From: an uncultured Verrucomicrobiota bacterium
Lineage (GTDB): Bacteria > Verrucomicrobiota > Verrucomicrobiia > Limisphaerales > DTLC01
Direction of reading: 5' to 3'
Assembly: GCA_964555645.1 (NCBI GenBank)
Contig: CAZKTA010000004.1
Location: 46,742 to 110,741, forward strand
Length of the DNA: 64,000 nucleotides
The notes under the pieces were generated by a model that saw nothing but the letters and a program-made list of their open reading frames with translations, was not told where the DNA came from and made no database searches. The position numbers and the translations under genes are program-made. This document shows positions 10,150-21,150 of the stretch, in pieces. The first letter of the stretch is position 1; every line of letters begins with the position of its first letter.

Positions 10150-11724
10150 TCAATGCCTTACACCGGGGCGGAGCAGTTCGGCGCCCGGCCTCGGCTGGCC
10201 GCGGTCAGCCTTTGGTGGTGCAGGAGTCGGCTTGCGCTGGTAACTGACGACCGGGCTTGCGTTACCGAATCGGTCAATTTGCCTAATGCAAATCACGTCC
10301 GGCGCCGGTCTAGCCAATGTAAATGTCCGGACTGTGCCAGGGAAAATCTTTGTCTCCCATTCCGTGCTTGTCTTAGTTTGCACTAACCACAACCAAAGCG
10401 CCGCAGGGCTGTTATGTGCAGGTTGCACTGTAACTTGCACAGTGGTGCTTGTGGTTCTGATCCCTACTGCGGGTCTGGCTGGGCGTATGGTGTTTGCCCA
10501 CGACAGACCCGGCACAAGAGCAGCTTGACTGTAAAAATTCACCCGAAGAACATCAGCTATTCCACCCCCATTATCCGTAAGCCGCTTGATATGGTAGTGG
10601 ATGTGCCCGGTTGCACCCGGTTGCGCGCGTACAAGCCGCACCTGATTCACCAGTTCGTCGGCTGGCCAGCTTTCACCGACCTTGGCTGTGTACAGGCCCG
10701 GCCACAGATGCCTGCTGCGCACGTTCTGTTCACTCCACCAACGCAGCAGCACCGGGAAACTTTGCTCGCGCGCCTCAATACGCCAGTACAATTGCGGCGC
10801 CAAATAGTCAACCCAGCCGTTTTGCAGCCATGCGCGTGCATCAGCGTACAGTGCCGAATAACTGTCCAGCCCGCGAACTTGCGGGGGATGACCTGAGCGC
10901 CAAATGCCAATCGGGCTGACACCGAACTTGACCCACGATTTCGTGGCCTTGATGCTACGGTAAACTTCCTCGATGAACATGTTCACGTTTTGTCGGCGCC
11001 AATCTGCACGGCTTAACCCGCTGCGCGCACCGTGTCGTGTCCAGCTTGATTCGTCCGGGAACTCAAGTGCGCGGCCAGAAGCATCGCGTTCGGGATAAGG
11101 ATAGAAATAGTCGTCAAAGTGCACTCCATCTATGTCGTAGCGCCGTACCACATCCAGCACCACAGCCAGTACATGCGCGCGTGCATCGGGTTCGCCAGGG
11201 TCTAGCCACAACTGGTTGCCATACTTGCGGACGAGCCTCGGGTGCGTCCGGCTGATGTGGTTGGATGCGACCGGCGACCTAGATGATGCATGCAGAGCGC
11301 GGAACGGATTGAACCACGCGTGCAGTTCAAGGCCGCGTTTGTGCGCTTCTTCAACCGCGAACGCAAGCGGGTCATAAAACGGCTTGGGTGCACGGCCCAT
11401 CGTGCCTGTCAGATACTCCGACCACGGTTCAACCCGCGAAGCATAGAAAGCGTCACATGCAGGTCTGATCTGCAGGATTATTGCGTTGAGCCCGAGCGCA
11501 ACAGCGCGGTCCATAATGGCTCTAAGCTCGGCCTTTTGCTCGGCTGTGCTTAGGCCTTTCTTCGACGGCCACGCAATGTTGTTGACCGTCGGCACCCACG
11601 CACCACGAAACTCACGCATTGGTTCCGGCGGCGTAACTTTCACCGGCTCATAAACCGGCGTGTGTGCAGCCGCACATAACCGCACAGTCCCAACCACCAT
11701 GACCGATGCAACAAACCAGCGCAT
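10150..11724 (-). CDS. GHL10/DUF187 (YddW/DigH-like) glycoside hydrolase, secreted
   Basis: EFRGAWVPTV.NI.WPS, LELHAWFNPFRA, YDIDGVHFDDYFYPY, FGVSPIGIW and DYLAPQLYW. Signal peptide begins at ATG 11724 (MRWFVASV). Confidence 0.88.
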   Translation of the reverse strand: MRWFVASVMVVGTVRLCAAAHTPVYEPVKVTPPEPMREFRGAWVPTVNNIAWPSKKGLSTAEQKAELRAIMDRAVALGLNAIILQIRPACDAFYASRVEPWSEYLTGTMGRAPKPFYDPLAFAVEEAHKRGLELHAWFNPFRALHASSRSPVASNHISRTHPRLVRKYGNQLWLDPGEPDARAHVLAVVLDVVRRYDIDGVHFDDYFYPYPERDASGRALEFPDESSWTRHGARSGLSRADWRRQNVNMFIEEVYRSIKATKSWVKFGVSPIGIWRSGHPPQVRGLDSYSALYADARAWLQNGWVDYLAPQLYWRIEAREQSFPVLLRWWSEQNVRSRHLWPGLYTAKVGESWPADELVNQVRLVRAQPGATGHIHYHIKRLTDNGGGIADVLRVNFYSQAALVPGLSWANTIRPARPAVGIRTTSTTVQVTVQPAHNSPAALWLWLVQTKTSTEWETKIFPGTVRTFTLARPAPDVICIRQIDRFGNASPVVSYQRKPTPAPPKADRGQPRPGAELLRPGVRH

Positions 11725-11995
11725 GTAAACCGTGAAAAAAACGCACGCACAATCTGGCCTACCCCAACCACTTTTTGCAAAGATATTCAGCCTTTTTGAG
11801 GTTAACCGATGTGCAATGAGCAACGAGGCCAAATCTCGGCCGTGAGCGCGTTTGTTAGAAGCACGAATCTGGAAATCTGAAATTCGATTTGTTACCTCGC
11901 AAACATGCCGCGCCAGCGTTTCGATCCCAAGCCCGCTCATTTTGACCCTGCCTTTTCAGATGGCTGTGGAACTGCACCGTGGCCGTGTTTTGGAC

Positions 11996-12829
11996 TCACG
12001 CCAAGGGTAGGGTTGTTCCGGCGCGGGTAAGTTCATCGTGCAGGCTGAGGACAAGTTGCACGTCCGGATGAACATCGCGGCTGCTGAGTGTGCGGATCAA
12101 ATGGCATGTTGCCCATTCCGAGCAGGACTGTTCGTATTTGGCCTGCCATTTGTTGAATTGTTTTTCGCGTTTTGTATCAGGAAAAGGCCAGCGTGTGGGC
12201 GGTTTTTCAATACCACAGCGCCATGGTTTAGGGGTGAGTCGTGCGCGAAAACATTTCTGTCTCCGACACAGTTTGCGGTAAAGCAGGTCTGCGCCAAGTG
12301 TCTCGAACACAGCGTTTGTAACATCGGCATCGGGTTCGAATAGGGCGTGCGTGGTCATCAAGCGTAGCCCGGCGCGCGTGCGGTAAATTCGCCAGCCCCA
12401 GCTCCGGTTGTCATGTGCCCATGTTTCCGCCTTTTTGATCACATCGGCTGCCGGGTCTGGCGCAGGACCGATTTCAGGTTTGCCGAACAGTTTTCTGAAA
12501 AAGCCACCTGAACGTTTTGGCTGGGGCAGATCAACATCCACAAACATCACGCGTGCGGTGTTCAGCACGAGGCTGCCGTATGAATTGCGCGTTATAACGG
12601 CTGCAAGGTTGCCCGTGCGATTTTTGATTTCACGCAGGACAGGCTCGCGAAACGGACGCTCAGGATAACCGTAGCCACGCTCGAGGATGTCGCCTGCACG
12701 AAACCGGTCGGCGAGCTTCTGGGCCGCTTGATTTGCAATGGCCAGTGCTTCTTCGAAGCTGCGATGTGACCAACGCCAGCAATAGAAACCATCGTGTGTG
12801 CCTTTGGCCCAGTACGGTGGAAAGTCCAT
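11996..12829 (-). CDS. Conserved hypothetical protein with DxD and RT..GLR motifs (possibly AEP/primase-like fold)
   Basis: 277-aa ORF with protein-like composition: VLNTARVMFVDVD, WRIYRTRAGLRL, GADLLY...FRARLTPKPWR. Confidence 0.7.
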   Translation of the reverse strand: MDFPPYWAKGTHDGFYCWRWSHRSFEEALAIANQAAQKLADRFRAGDILERGYGYPERPFREPVLREIKNRTGNLAAVITRNSYGSLVLNTARVMFVDVDLPQPKRSGGFFRKLFGKPEIGPAPDPAADVIKKAETWAHDNRSWGWRIYRTRAGLRLMTTHALFEPDADVTNAVFETLGADLLYRKLCRRQKCFRARLTPKPWRCGIEKPPTRWPFPDTKREKQFNKWQAKYEQSCSEWATCHLIRTLSSRDVHPDVQLVLSLHDELTRAGTTLPLA

Positions 12830-13145
12830 GTACAGAGCCTAATTGGGAACAGCGCTGCTTCACAAGGACAATTTTGTTTACTGCCAGTTAAATGGCTGTG
12901 GCATCAGGCGGGGTAGTTGGGCTGATGCATGATAGATGCAACAACAGGCATGAACAGCGAGACAATCACGCTCACAATTAGCTACAGCGTGCTTGCAAAC
13001 CATGTTCTGCTGATGGTCGTCAACCTGCCGATAATCCGTCCCCAAGCCGCGGAACAATAAACTATCTAAGGCTGCGACCAAAGGCCGCCGTAACTGGCCA
13101 AATTTCTGTTGACAATTCGGGGGAAAATAAGATAATGCACACATA

Positions 13146-14384
13146 ATGAGCGGTGACTTGAGAACTGCCGTTACCACAGTCTGTGCAGTTCTGGCCGTGT
13201 CTGCTCCTGGGTTGATTAAGGCTGGTGAGCCGGTCTCATCAACCGACCTACTTAGCAGGTCAATACTTTCGGGCCCGCCTGGAGTCGAGGATTTCAATGC
13301 CAAAGCAAGTTACTCGGGTGGCTGGATGAATTCAGCCGAAGGACATAACTTCGATGCAAGCATTTCGCTGCCCGTGTCGCATACGTTCGGGTTCCAGGCC
13401 GACGGTTTGTACAGTCGGATCAGCGGCTTGGATTTCTACGGCGGTGCGGGGCACTTATTCTGGCGCAATCCCGACATTGGTCTTTTTGGGGTGACAGGTG
13501 GTTTTGTTTCACGTAGCGGGGTTGACACGTTCCAGATCGGTGCCGAGGCGGAATACTATTTTGGGCGGTTCAGCTTTGGCGCTTTTGCCGGTGTGGGTCG
13601 GATTGCCTACGACAGGCCAGTGCCTTTTATTGAGACTGAGCCTACCCGGTTTGTTGGCAGCCTCAGAACCGATTGGTACCCGTTTGACGATTTGCGCTTA
13701 GGCGCATGTTACATCACGGCGTTCGAAAACAACCTCGCCAAAGGCGAGATCGAGTTTCAGACGCCGATATCCGGCCTGGCCTTGACCGCTGAAGGCGCAA
13801 TCGGTAACAATGACTACGATCACGTGCTGTTTGGCGTACGTTACTATTTCGGGGCCAAAAAAAATTTGTGTGACCGACACCGCCGCCTTGACCCACGCAG
13901 TCTTATGCCGCAAATACTGCACAGCCTCGGCCTGTACGGAGCAGAATACAATCGCAAAGCTAAGGCGTATTTCACTCAACTGTCTAGGAGTCGAGGTTAC
14001 AGCCACAGTTATGGGAGCAGTCTCGTTTATAGTCGGTACAGCGTGAGTAGCAGTGTTGACATTTTGTCGCCGGAGAACGTGGTAATTCGTGAATTCGAGG
14101 TACGACCCTTGCCACCAGAATTGGTAATGCCACCAATTCCCCCAAACGACATTCCCCCAGAAATCGACCCTATATTTGGGCCGGGTGGCACAGTGAGAGG
14201 AACGGAAAGAACAAGGAATTACAGACAATTCACGCGAGGAGAGTATGCACCATTTCCGCCCAGTAAGATCTCCAAGGGAACGGTAATCTTCCCCCCTGTA
14301 TTTTTACCAGATGTGATTTCTTATGGCGACATAATTCGTTTTGTCCCGTTGGAACCCGGAGAGTCAATTGAACCTCGACCATAG
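13146..14384 (+). CDS. Putative outer-membrane beta-barrel protein with a Pro-rich C-terminal extension
   Basis: Signal peptide, alternating aromatic/Gly beta-strands (FGFQADG, GHLFWRNPDIGLFG, GAEAEYY, VLFGVRYYF), then a Ser/Pro-rich tail. Confidence 0.6.
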   Translation: MSGDLRTAVTTVCAVLAVSAPGLIKAGEPVSSTDLLSRSILSGPPGVEDFNAKASYSGGWMNSAEGHNFDASISLPVSHTFGFQADGLYSRISGLDFYGGAGHLFWRNPDIGLFGVTGGFVSRSGVDTFQIGAEAEYYFGRFSFGAFAGVGRIAYDRPVPFIETEPTRFVGSLRTDWYPFDDLRLGACYITAFENNLAKGEIEFQTPISGLALTAEGAIGNNDYDHVLFGVRYYFGAKKNLCDRHRRLDPRSLMPQILHSLGLYGAEYNRKAKAYFTQLSRSRGYSHSYGSSLVYSRYSVSSSVDILSPENVVIREFEVRPLPPELVMPPIPPNDIPPEIDPIFGPGGTVRGTERTRNYRQFTRGEYAPFPPSKISKGTVIFPPVFLPDVISYGDIIRFVPLEPGESIEPRP

Positions 14385-14748
14385 GCTGGCGAGGCCGGTG
14401 CAGGTGGGTTGTTTTAACAACACGCTTTAGCTGTGTTTGCTCAGCCTTGCCAGTTGCAGCGGAAGGTTAGCCATCGGGTTCAAAACAAATGAACCAGGTT
14501 TTTGGTTCAGCAGGTGTAACGGCATGTCGAAAAACTTCGCCCAGGCGCGGTGTAAACGAGAAGTTCTCCCTGGCTTTAGCAACTCCAGAGTGAATATTTG
14601 CGGTTGTTTGTTAATACGGGCTTTTGACTCTTAACTTTAGCGGAGGCTATAGCGAATCGAACAGTTAAATACGGCTTGCGATTCTGGCATTGAGGTGTTT
14701 GGTTTTTTGCTATAGCAGGGACAAAAACAATTTAAATCGCGAGCGAAA

Positions 14749-15699
14749 ATGAGTAGGCCAGCGTTAACTGTGTTGGCGGTGTGTGTTTTGTTGTGGACTG
14801 ACCATGCACAAGCCACCAACAATTTGCAAAATACAAACATTCAGGTCGAGCCTGCACAACCGGCGCAGACAAGGTTTAACCCGAGTTTGTTACCACCCGA
14901 CGCGCGAGTGTTCCGTGACATGCAGTACGTCACTAACGGGCACCCACGCCACAAACTCGATTTATACCTGCCAGCGTCCGGCACAAATTTGCCGCTTGTG
15001 GTGTGGATTCACGGCGGCGCGTGGCTCGGCGGTAGCAAGCAACCGTGCCCGGCTTTGTTCCTGTTGAAAGACGGGTTTGCAGTTGCCAGCATCAACTATC
15101 GGTTGAGTCAACACGCGATTTTTCCTGCGCAAATTGAGGATTGCAAAGCTGCGATACGCTGGCTCCGTGCACATGCGCACAAGTATGGGATTGACCCGGA
15201 CCGGATCGGTGTATGGGGCGCGTCTGCTGGTGGGCATCTGGCCGCGCTGCTCGGTACTTCGGGCGACGTGGCCGAGTTCGACAAGGGCGATAACGCGGAC
15301 GTGTCGAGTCGTGTGCAAGCCGTTTGCGATTGGTTCGGCCCGACTGATCTTACGCAAATGAGCAAGTCCCCCAGTGATATGGACCACGACGCGCCCGAGT
15401 CGCCTGAGTCGCGTCTGCTCGGTGGCCCGGTTCACGAGAACAAGGACAAGGCGCAACGCGCGAACCCGATCACGTATGTGAGCAAAGACGACCCGCCTTT
15501 CCTGATCATGCACGGTGACAAAGACAGGCTGGTGCCGCTGAACCAGAGCGAGCTGCTGGCCGAAGCATTGAAGACTGCGGGTGTCGAGGTCACATTCCAC
15601 GCGATAAAAGGTGCCGGGCACGGGTTTGGTGCAAAAGAGCATCACGACCTCGTCCGCGACTTTTTCATAAAACACTTGCACGGCGGCACATCGAAGTGA
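14749..15699 (+). CDS. Secreted alpha/beta hydrolase (HSL-like esterase)
   Basis: Signal peptide, HGGAW oxyanion motif, GASAG nucleophile elbow, HG.KD.LVP and GAGHG. Confidence 0.92.
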   Translation: MSRPALTVLAVCVLLWTDHAQATNNLQNTNIQVEPAQPAQTRFNPSLLPPDARVFRDMQYVTNGHPRHKLDLYLPASGTNLPLVVWIHGGAWLGGSKQPCPALFLLKDGFAVASINYRLSQHAIFPAQIEDCKAAIRWLRAHAHKYGIDPDRIGVWGASAGGHLAALLGTSGDVAEFDKGDNADVSSRVQAVCDWFGPTDLTQMSKSPSDMDHDAPESPESRLLGGPVHENKDKAQRANPITYVSKDDPPFLIMHGDKDRLVPLNQSELLAEALKTAGVEVTFHAIKGAGHGFGAKEHHDLVRDFFIKHLHGGTSK

Positions 15700-15862
15700 G
15701 TTAGAGTGACGCCAGCTGCTCGCACCAGCTCTACAAACGCAGCTGATAGCAGTGTTACACTCGATTGGGGGGAGTTGTAGTGTGGGTGGTACAATTTGCA
15801 TGCCCTGGGTAGAAGTTGTGGGACGGAACATTTTGTGCTAGTTTTGCGCAAGAAAATTTTGT

Positions 15863-16822
15863 ATGGGACGGATTTTCAATGACATAACTGAGACAGTTGG
15901 CAACACGCCGCTTGTACGGCTGAACCGAACGGCGCAAAAGCACGGTGTCCTGGCCGAGATATTGTTGAAGCTCGAATTTTTCAACCCGCTTTCGAGCGTT
16001 AAAGACCGGATCGGCGTGGCGATGATTGACGCGGCAATGCGCGCCGGGCTGATCAAACCAGACACGGTGTTAATCGAGCCGACCAGCGGCAACACCGGTA
16101 TAGCGCTTGCGTTTGTTGCCGCCGCGCGCGGCCTGAAGTTGATCCTGACCATGCCCGACACCATGTCAATCGAACGACGCAAGTTGCTGAAAGTACTGGG
16201 TGCAAAGCTAGTGCTTACTGAGGGTTCAAAGGGCATGCGCGGTGCGGTCGAGAAAGCCGAGGAACTGCGTGCAAAGATCCCGAACAGTTTGATTTTGCAA
16301 CAGTTCGCAAACCCGGCTAATCCGGAGATACACCGGTGCACCACGGCCGAAGAAATCTGGCGTGACACGGACGGGCGTGTTGACATTTTAGTATCTGGGG
16401 TGGGCACTGGGGGTACACTCACCGGTGTTGCCGAGGTGATCAAGTTGCGCAAACCCGGTTTCAAGGCAGTTGCAGTTGAACCTGCGCGGTCGCCCGTGCT
16501 TTCGGGCGGTCAACCCGGGCCACACAAGATCCAGGGGATTGGGGCTGGGTTTGTACCACCCGTGCTAAACACAAAGATCATTGACGAGGTTATTCAGGTG
16601 ACGGAAGAAAACGCCGGTGCAACTGCTAAAGAAGTCAATAAGCTCGATGGCATACCGGTTGGGATTTCCAGTGGTGCAGCTATCTGGGCTGGGTTGCATG
16701 TTGCTAAACGCACTGAGAATGCCGGCAAACAGATTGTTGTGATTGTGCCATCCTGCTGCGAGCGGTATTTGAGCACGTGGTTGTTCAGCGACGTTGACAT
16801 CGAGAGCGACCCGGTGCCATGA
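15863..16822 (+). CDS. cysK: Cysteine synthase A
   Basis: [49 protein letters not shown] and [10 protein letters not shown]. Confidence 0.97.
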   Translation: MGRIFNDITETVGNTPLVRLNRTAQKHGVLAEILLKLEFFNPLSSVKDRIGVAMIDAAMRAGLIKPDTVLIEPTSGNTGIALAFVAAARGLKLILTMPDTMSIERRKLLKVLGAKLVLTEGSKGMRGAVEKAEELRAKIPNSLILQQFANPANPEIHRCTTAEEIWRDTDGRVDILVSGVGTGGTLTGVAEVIKLRKPGFKAVAVEPARSPVLSGGQPGPHKIQGIGAGFVPPVLNTKIIDEVIQVTEENAGATAKEVNKLDGIPVGISSGAAIWAGLHVAKRTENAGKQIVVIVPSCCERYLSTWLFSDVDIESDPVP

Positions 16823-16937
16823 ATCTAGTGTAAGACTACTTCTGTAACGGTTCAGGTCCTGCCTTAGACTTAAGCAAATAAGGATGTCGTGGTTTGCGTT
16901 GCGGTCCGCAGGATGATTTTAAGTCCAATAATGCGCT

Positions 16938-19900
16938 TTACGTTGGCTGGTTGACAGGTTGATTTGCAGCGTCTGATCGTTTGACGGCTTGAGCCGGTGG
17001 CTCGGTTGAACCATTGCCGTTTTCGGGTGGCGGCTCGATTGGTACTTCCAACACGAAAGTCGCACCTTTGCCGAGCCCGTCACTGTGTACTGTCAACGTG
17101 CCGCCCAGGTCACGAGCGGCCATTGCAGAGCTGTGCAGGCCGAACCCGTGACCGTCTTTGCGGGTGGTAAAGCCGTGCTCGAATATCCGGGTTAGGTTTT
17201 CCGGTGCAATACCAATACCATTGTCGGCTACCTCAATCCGTACAAACCCGGTGCTTCCACGCTTAATCCGCACGATGACCTTTTTATCGGGTCGGCCGCC
17301 TTCGTCGCATGCGTATTTAGCGTTATGCAGCAGATTGACCAGGATTTGCAGTACTCGGTGTCTGTCAATGACGACCTTGGGTACATCTTGGAAATCGCGT
17401 TCGACCTGGATGCCATGCCTGCTATAGGCATTTGCATGCAGCTTGAGCGCGAGCTCGGCAAGTTCGGAAAGCGTTGTGATCTCGCGCGTACCAGCGAGCT
17501 TGGCGGCGCTCTGCTGCAAAGAAATCGTTTCTTTCATGTGGTCAACTTTTTGGGTCAGGTCTTTCAGCTCGGTTAGGAGTGCTTCTTGTTCTTTTGTAAA
17601 GAGTTCGGCCAGACTAGCCAAATACTCAGGCAGCATGCGCCCGCGGTTATCTTTGGTGAGGAAATCCGCCAGACGCGAGCTGTTTTCCTGGAGCATTTGC
17701 AGTGCGCGCGTAAGATTCTGGACCGGGAACCTCTTGATGCGGTCAACCACAATCGAAGTCGAGACGTTGACACTGTTGAGTACGTTACCCACATTGTGTA
17801 ACACACTTGATGCGACCTCAGCTTGGCCGGCGAGCCGTGAAGCGCGCAGCAGTTGCATGTAAATACGCTCAACCTGTACTTCGGCGCGTTTGCGTTCCTC
17901 GATTTCGCTCTTGAGTGCTGCGTTTGTTTCAGCAAGTTCGCGTGTGCGTCGCTCCACCTCGGCTTCGAGCTTATCATGTGCTTCTTGCAGTTTGCCTTGC
18001 TTCACCGCGACGCGCCACTCCCGCCACCTGTAGATGCCCAGCAGTCCCAGCAGAATCGTCCCCACACCAGCAGCCTTAAACCAGCCGGTCTGATAAAACC
18101 ACGGTCTGAGCCAAATTTCAATAACATCGCCTTTTGGTGTCCAAACGCCGTCTTCATTACAGGCCTGGACGTAGAACCTGTATGTACCGGGCTTTAGGTT
18201 TGTGTACATGGCGGTTCGGCGTGGGCCGGCTTGGACCCAATCCTTGTCGAATCCGTCGAGCTTGTACCGGTACTGTACGCGGTGTGGTGCGATGTAACTC
18301 AGCGCGGCATATTGTACCTCTATCTCACCGTCGCCCGGCGGGACCATTACCTGGCCGATGTTTTCAAATTCGTTTCCATTTGCGCGCACGCGCTGGATGT
18401 GCACACGCGGTGGGACCGGGTTTCGCACAAGGCGGCCGGGGTCAATCATTGCAACTCCCTGCGCAGTGGGGAACCAGACGCGACCATCAGCCGTTTTGCA
18501 GCCGGAAGCCCACTGATCAAATTTCTCGGCTGTTTTAATCGAATCCAATGTGTCATAGGCAGTGCATTGGACAGATGAGACCTTGCCGTCTGCGAATTGG
18601 TTTAGCTCGGCGAAGTTGACACTGAATATACCGCGGCCTGAGTCAACCCACAGCCGGCCGTCGTTATCAGCTACCATCGCAATTATAATGTCGTCGAATA
18701 GACCATTTTGGGTTGTTATGTGGGTGAGCTGGCCGTTCTTGAGCCTGACGATGCCGGCGGTCTCAAAGCCGACCCACACGGTGCCCTCGGAATCTTCCAT
18801 GACCCATTTCGCTTTCGATGCCGGCAAGCCATTTGTTTGTGTCCAAAGCTCGAAAGAACCGTCTTTCAACTTACAGAGCCCGATATCCCCCGCAATCCAT
18901 ACGCTACCGTCGCTGCCGTGTGCCATGTGGAATACCCAGCCAAAAGGCGGCCGCTCACCATTGTGAAATGTGTATGGTTCAAAGTATGTGCGACCGACTC
19001 GGTACAGATCGCCCCCAACGGCTACAAGCACGCTCTTGCTGTCCTCGGCAAAGGCAACCGGCCACGTCTTGTTCGGATGCCGCGCGACCACCTTACCATC
19101 TGCCATGACCAAAACGTTCATCGAACCGTCAATCATGTATATGTCGCCGTCTTTTGCTTCATAGGCCAACGTGATGTAAGTGTTTATCAGGCCGGCATCT
19201 GTCGAGTAATGCCGCACAGATTCAAAAAGCGAGTCGAGATCGTTCACGTACGTTAGACCCGTATTGCCAGCGAGCATCAACCCGCCCCGACGGGTTGTGT
19301 TGACTGAGACGACGATACTTGCTGGGACACCCTCAGCCTGGCCGAAGATTGGTATTTTGACATCTGTGACCTGGCTGAGCCCGTTGCGCGTGCCGACCCA
19401 GAGGCTCCCTTCAGCATCTTGGGCAAGGGCAGTTACAAAATCGTCTGCCAGACCGTTTGCTTGGCGTAGCGATGCTAATTTGCCGTCACGATGTTTAATG
19501 AGGCCGGCGCCGCTGGTGCCGATCCAAAGTGTACCGTGTCGGTCAACCAACAGTGCGCGCACCGGATGCCACGGAAACGGAAATTCAACCTGGTTAAGCC
19601 CTTTGTCAAAACACAACAACCCCCAGTCTGTGCCCACCCACAGTTTACCGTCGTCGTCCTCGACAATTGCGCGCACGATAACGTCTTCAAGTGCGCGGTG
19701 TTCAAGTTTTCTGACTATTCCGTTCGTCCAAAAATACAGGCCGCGCTTTGCTGTTCCTAGCCAAATACGGCCAACGGAGTCTTCGTAAACCGCAGTCAAA
19801 TCGTACCGGCCGGTTTCTGACTGGCTGACAAGCACGCGCTCGAAAACATTGCTTCGAGTTATCCGCGCAGCCATGGTTTCCGCGCCGATCCATAGGTCGC

Positions 19901-20399
19901 CTGTTCGTGTCTCCACCATCGCACGAACACGATGCACTTCCTTAACCCAGTCACCCCCCGGCAAGTATTTGACTTCGTTGCCTTCAAAGTATCCGAATGC
20001 GCTGTATTCTAGCCCGAACCATAGTCCACCCCTGTGCGCGCGTGTTTCGGCGAGGCACGATATGCTGACGCCATGCAGCGATCCTGTGTGCCCAAGTTCG
20101 TACAGTTTGAACTCAACACCGTCAAACCGGACAAGGCCGCGCGCTGTGCCGAGCCAAATGTAACCGTCTGGTGTTTGTTTAATTGCATTGATCACACTGG
20201 CCGGGAGGCCATTCTGGCGGCCCCACGACCGGCAGTTGAACTGGAACACGCTTTTTGTCGGGTCCAATGCCAGTGTAACCTGCGCAACAAAGGCCGATGC
20301 AACCACCAGACAGTGTGTAAAAGCAGCCAAGCTGAATGGTGGTTTTACCGCTTTGGCAGGGCTAACACTGGCCACGCACTTGTGGGCTTGAGTGTTCAT
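16938..20399 (-). CDS. Sensor histidine kinase with beta-propeller (Reg_prop) and Y_Y_Y periplasmic region
   Basis: Repeated W.GT..GL blades, YRYKLDGFDKDW...YTNLKPGTYRFYVQACN (Y_Y_Y), one TM segment, H-box LHNVGNVLNS, and HATPase boxes NLLHNA, DNGIGI, FTTRKDGHGFGL, G.GATF. Confidence 0.92.
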   Translation of the reverse strand: MNTQAHKCVASVSPAKAVKPPFSLAAFTHCLVVASAFVAQVTLALDPTKSVFQFNCRSWGRQNGLPASVINAIKQTPDGYIWLGTARGLVRFDGVEFKLYELGHTGSLHGVSISCLAETRAHRGGLWFGLEYSAFGYFEGNEVKYLPGGDWVKEVHRVRAMVETRTGDLWIGAETMAARITRSNVFERVLVSQSETGRYDLTAVYEDSVGRIWLGTAKRGLYFWTNGIVRKLEHRALEDVIVRAIVEDDDGKLWVGTDWGLLCFDKGLNQVEFPFPWHPVRALLVDRHGTLWIGTSGAGLIKHRDGKLASLRQANGLADDFVTALAQDAEGSLWVGTRNGLSQVTDVKIPIFGQAEGVPASIVVSVNTTRRGGLMLAGNTGLTYVNDLDSLFESVRHYSTDAGLINTYITLAYEAKDGDIYMIDGSMNVLVMADGKVVARHPNKTWPVAFAEDSKSVLVAVGGDLYRVGRTYFEPYTFHNGERPPFGWVFHMAHGSDGSVWIAGDIGLCKLKDGSFELWTQTNGLPASKAKWVMEDSEGTVWVGFETAGIVRLKNGQLTHITTQNGLFDDIIIAMVADNDGRLWVDSGRGIFSVNFAELNQFADGKVSSVQCTAYDTLDSIKTAEKFDQWASGCKTADGRVWFPTAQGVAMIDPGRLVRNPVPPRVHIQRVRANGNEFENIGQVMVPPGDGEIEVQYAALSYIAPHRVQYRYKLDGFDKDWVQAGPRRTAMYTNLKPGTYRFYVQACNEDGVWTPKGDVIEIWLRPWFYQTGWFKAAGVGTILLGLLGIYRWREWRVAVKQGKLQEAHDKLEAEVERRTRELAETNAALKSEIEERKRAEVQVERIYMQLLRASRLAGQAEVASSVLHNVGNVLNSVNVSTSIVVDRIKRFPVQNLTRALQMLQENSSRLADFLTKDNRGRMLPEYLASLAELFTKEQEALLTELKDLTQKVDHMKETISLQQSAAKLAGTREITTLSELAELALKLHANAYSRHGIQVERDFQDVPKVVIDRHRVLQILVNLLHNAKYACDEGGRPDKKVIVRIKRGSTGFVRIEVADNGIGIAPENLTRIFEHGFTTRKDGHGFGLHSSAMAARDLGGTLTVHSDGLGKGATFVLEVPIEPPPENGNGSTEPPAQAVKRSDAANQPVNQPT

Positions 20400-21150
20400 T
20401 ACTTTTGTTCTCCTGGTGCGCTCGGTTGCATTTCCGGCTCGTTGCGACCTCAGCCGGTGCCCTGGCCTTAGTTTTTTGCTGTCGCACCTGCTCGCAAACT
20501 CCCGAGCCGTGCTTCAGTGCAACCGACCAAAATTGCGCACCAAAAAGTTTCTGTGCCAAGAAAAGCCAGTTCCGTTCCAACCCGACCCAAATTGGTTCAA
20601 ACCGAAATCAATTCCGCGCTTTTTGCGTGGCAACCACGTGCCTGACCCAGCCGAAGTTCGTCTCGGGCGCCCCGGGGAACATCAATTAAACGGCAATAGC
20701 CTCAAAACATGTCTTTTACTTGGACAAGTTTGGCTCTTAAAAAGGCAAAAAACAGTTTAACGTCTGGAGATACAAATCTTGGCTGTGCTCTGGATTAGGA
20801 AGGCTTCTAACGCGGAGCTTTCAGTGCGCGTTGAGCAGAATGTGAGGGAGACGATTGTGTTGTGCATGTGATTGCACCGCAGAACGGCTCGATGTTCAAA
20901 TCTGGGTCGGGTATGTCTTGGAAAAGAACACTGTGCACATCATTACATCTGCGCTTGCAAAATGGAACCTTCACCATCACCACAATCGGACGCAGAGTCA
21001 TTGGTGTTTCTCAGTAGATGGTATCCCCAACTGTTGATTCGCGTGCAGTTGATCAGGCTGTCGGTTCAAATTTTTTAGTCTGCGACATGCGGCGTGTCGC
21101 AGGCTGGCTGCAGCGTATTAGTAGGGCTGGGTTGTCCGGAAAGACCCGCA

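Noticed and set aside
14962-15831. 289-aa antisense ORF; likewise 56123-57010 and 59612-60238
   Set aside because: Each overlaps a well-supported gene and lacks any domain signal.
15700-15862. SAM or other sulfur riboswitch upstream of cysK, or of the ABC operon (53840-54175)
   Set aside because: No SAM-I/II/IV core motifs found by eye.
21080-21101. Hairpin tgcgaca/tgtcgca downstream of lpdA as an intrinsic terminator
   Set aside because: No U-tract follows it in the lpdA (minus) orientation.
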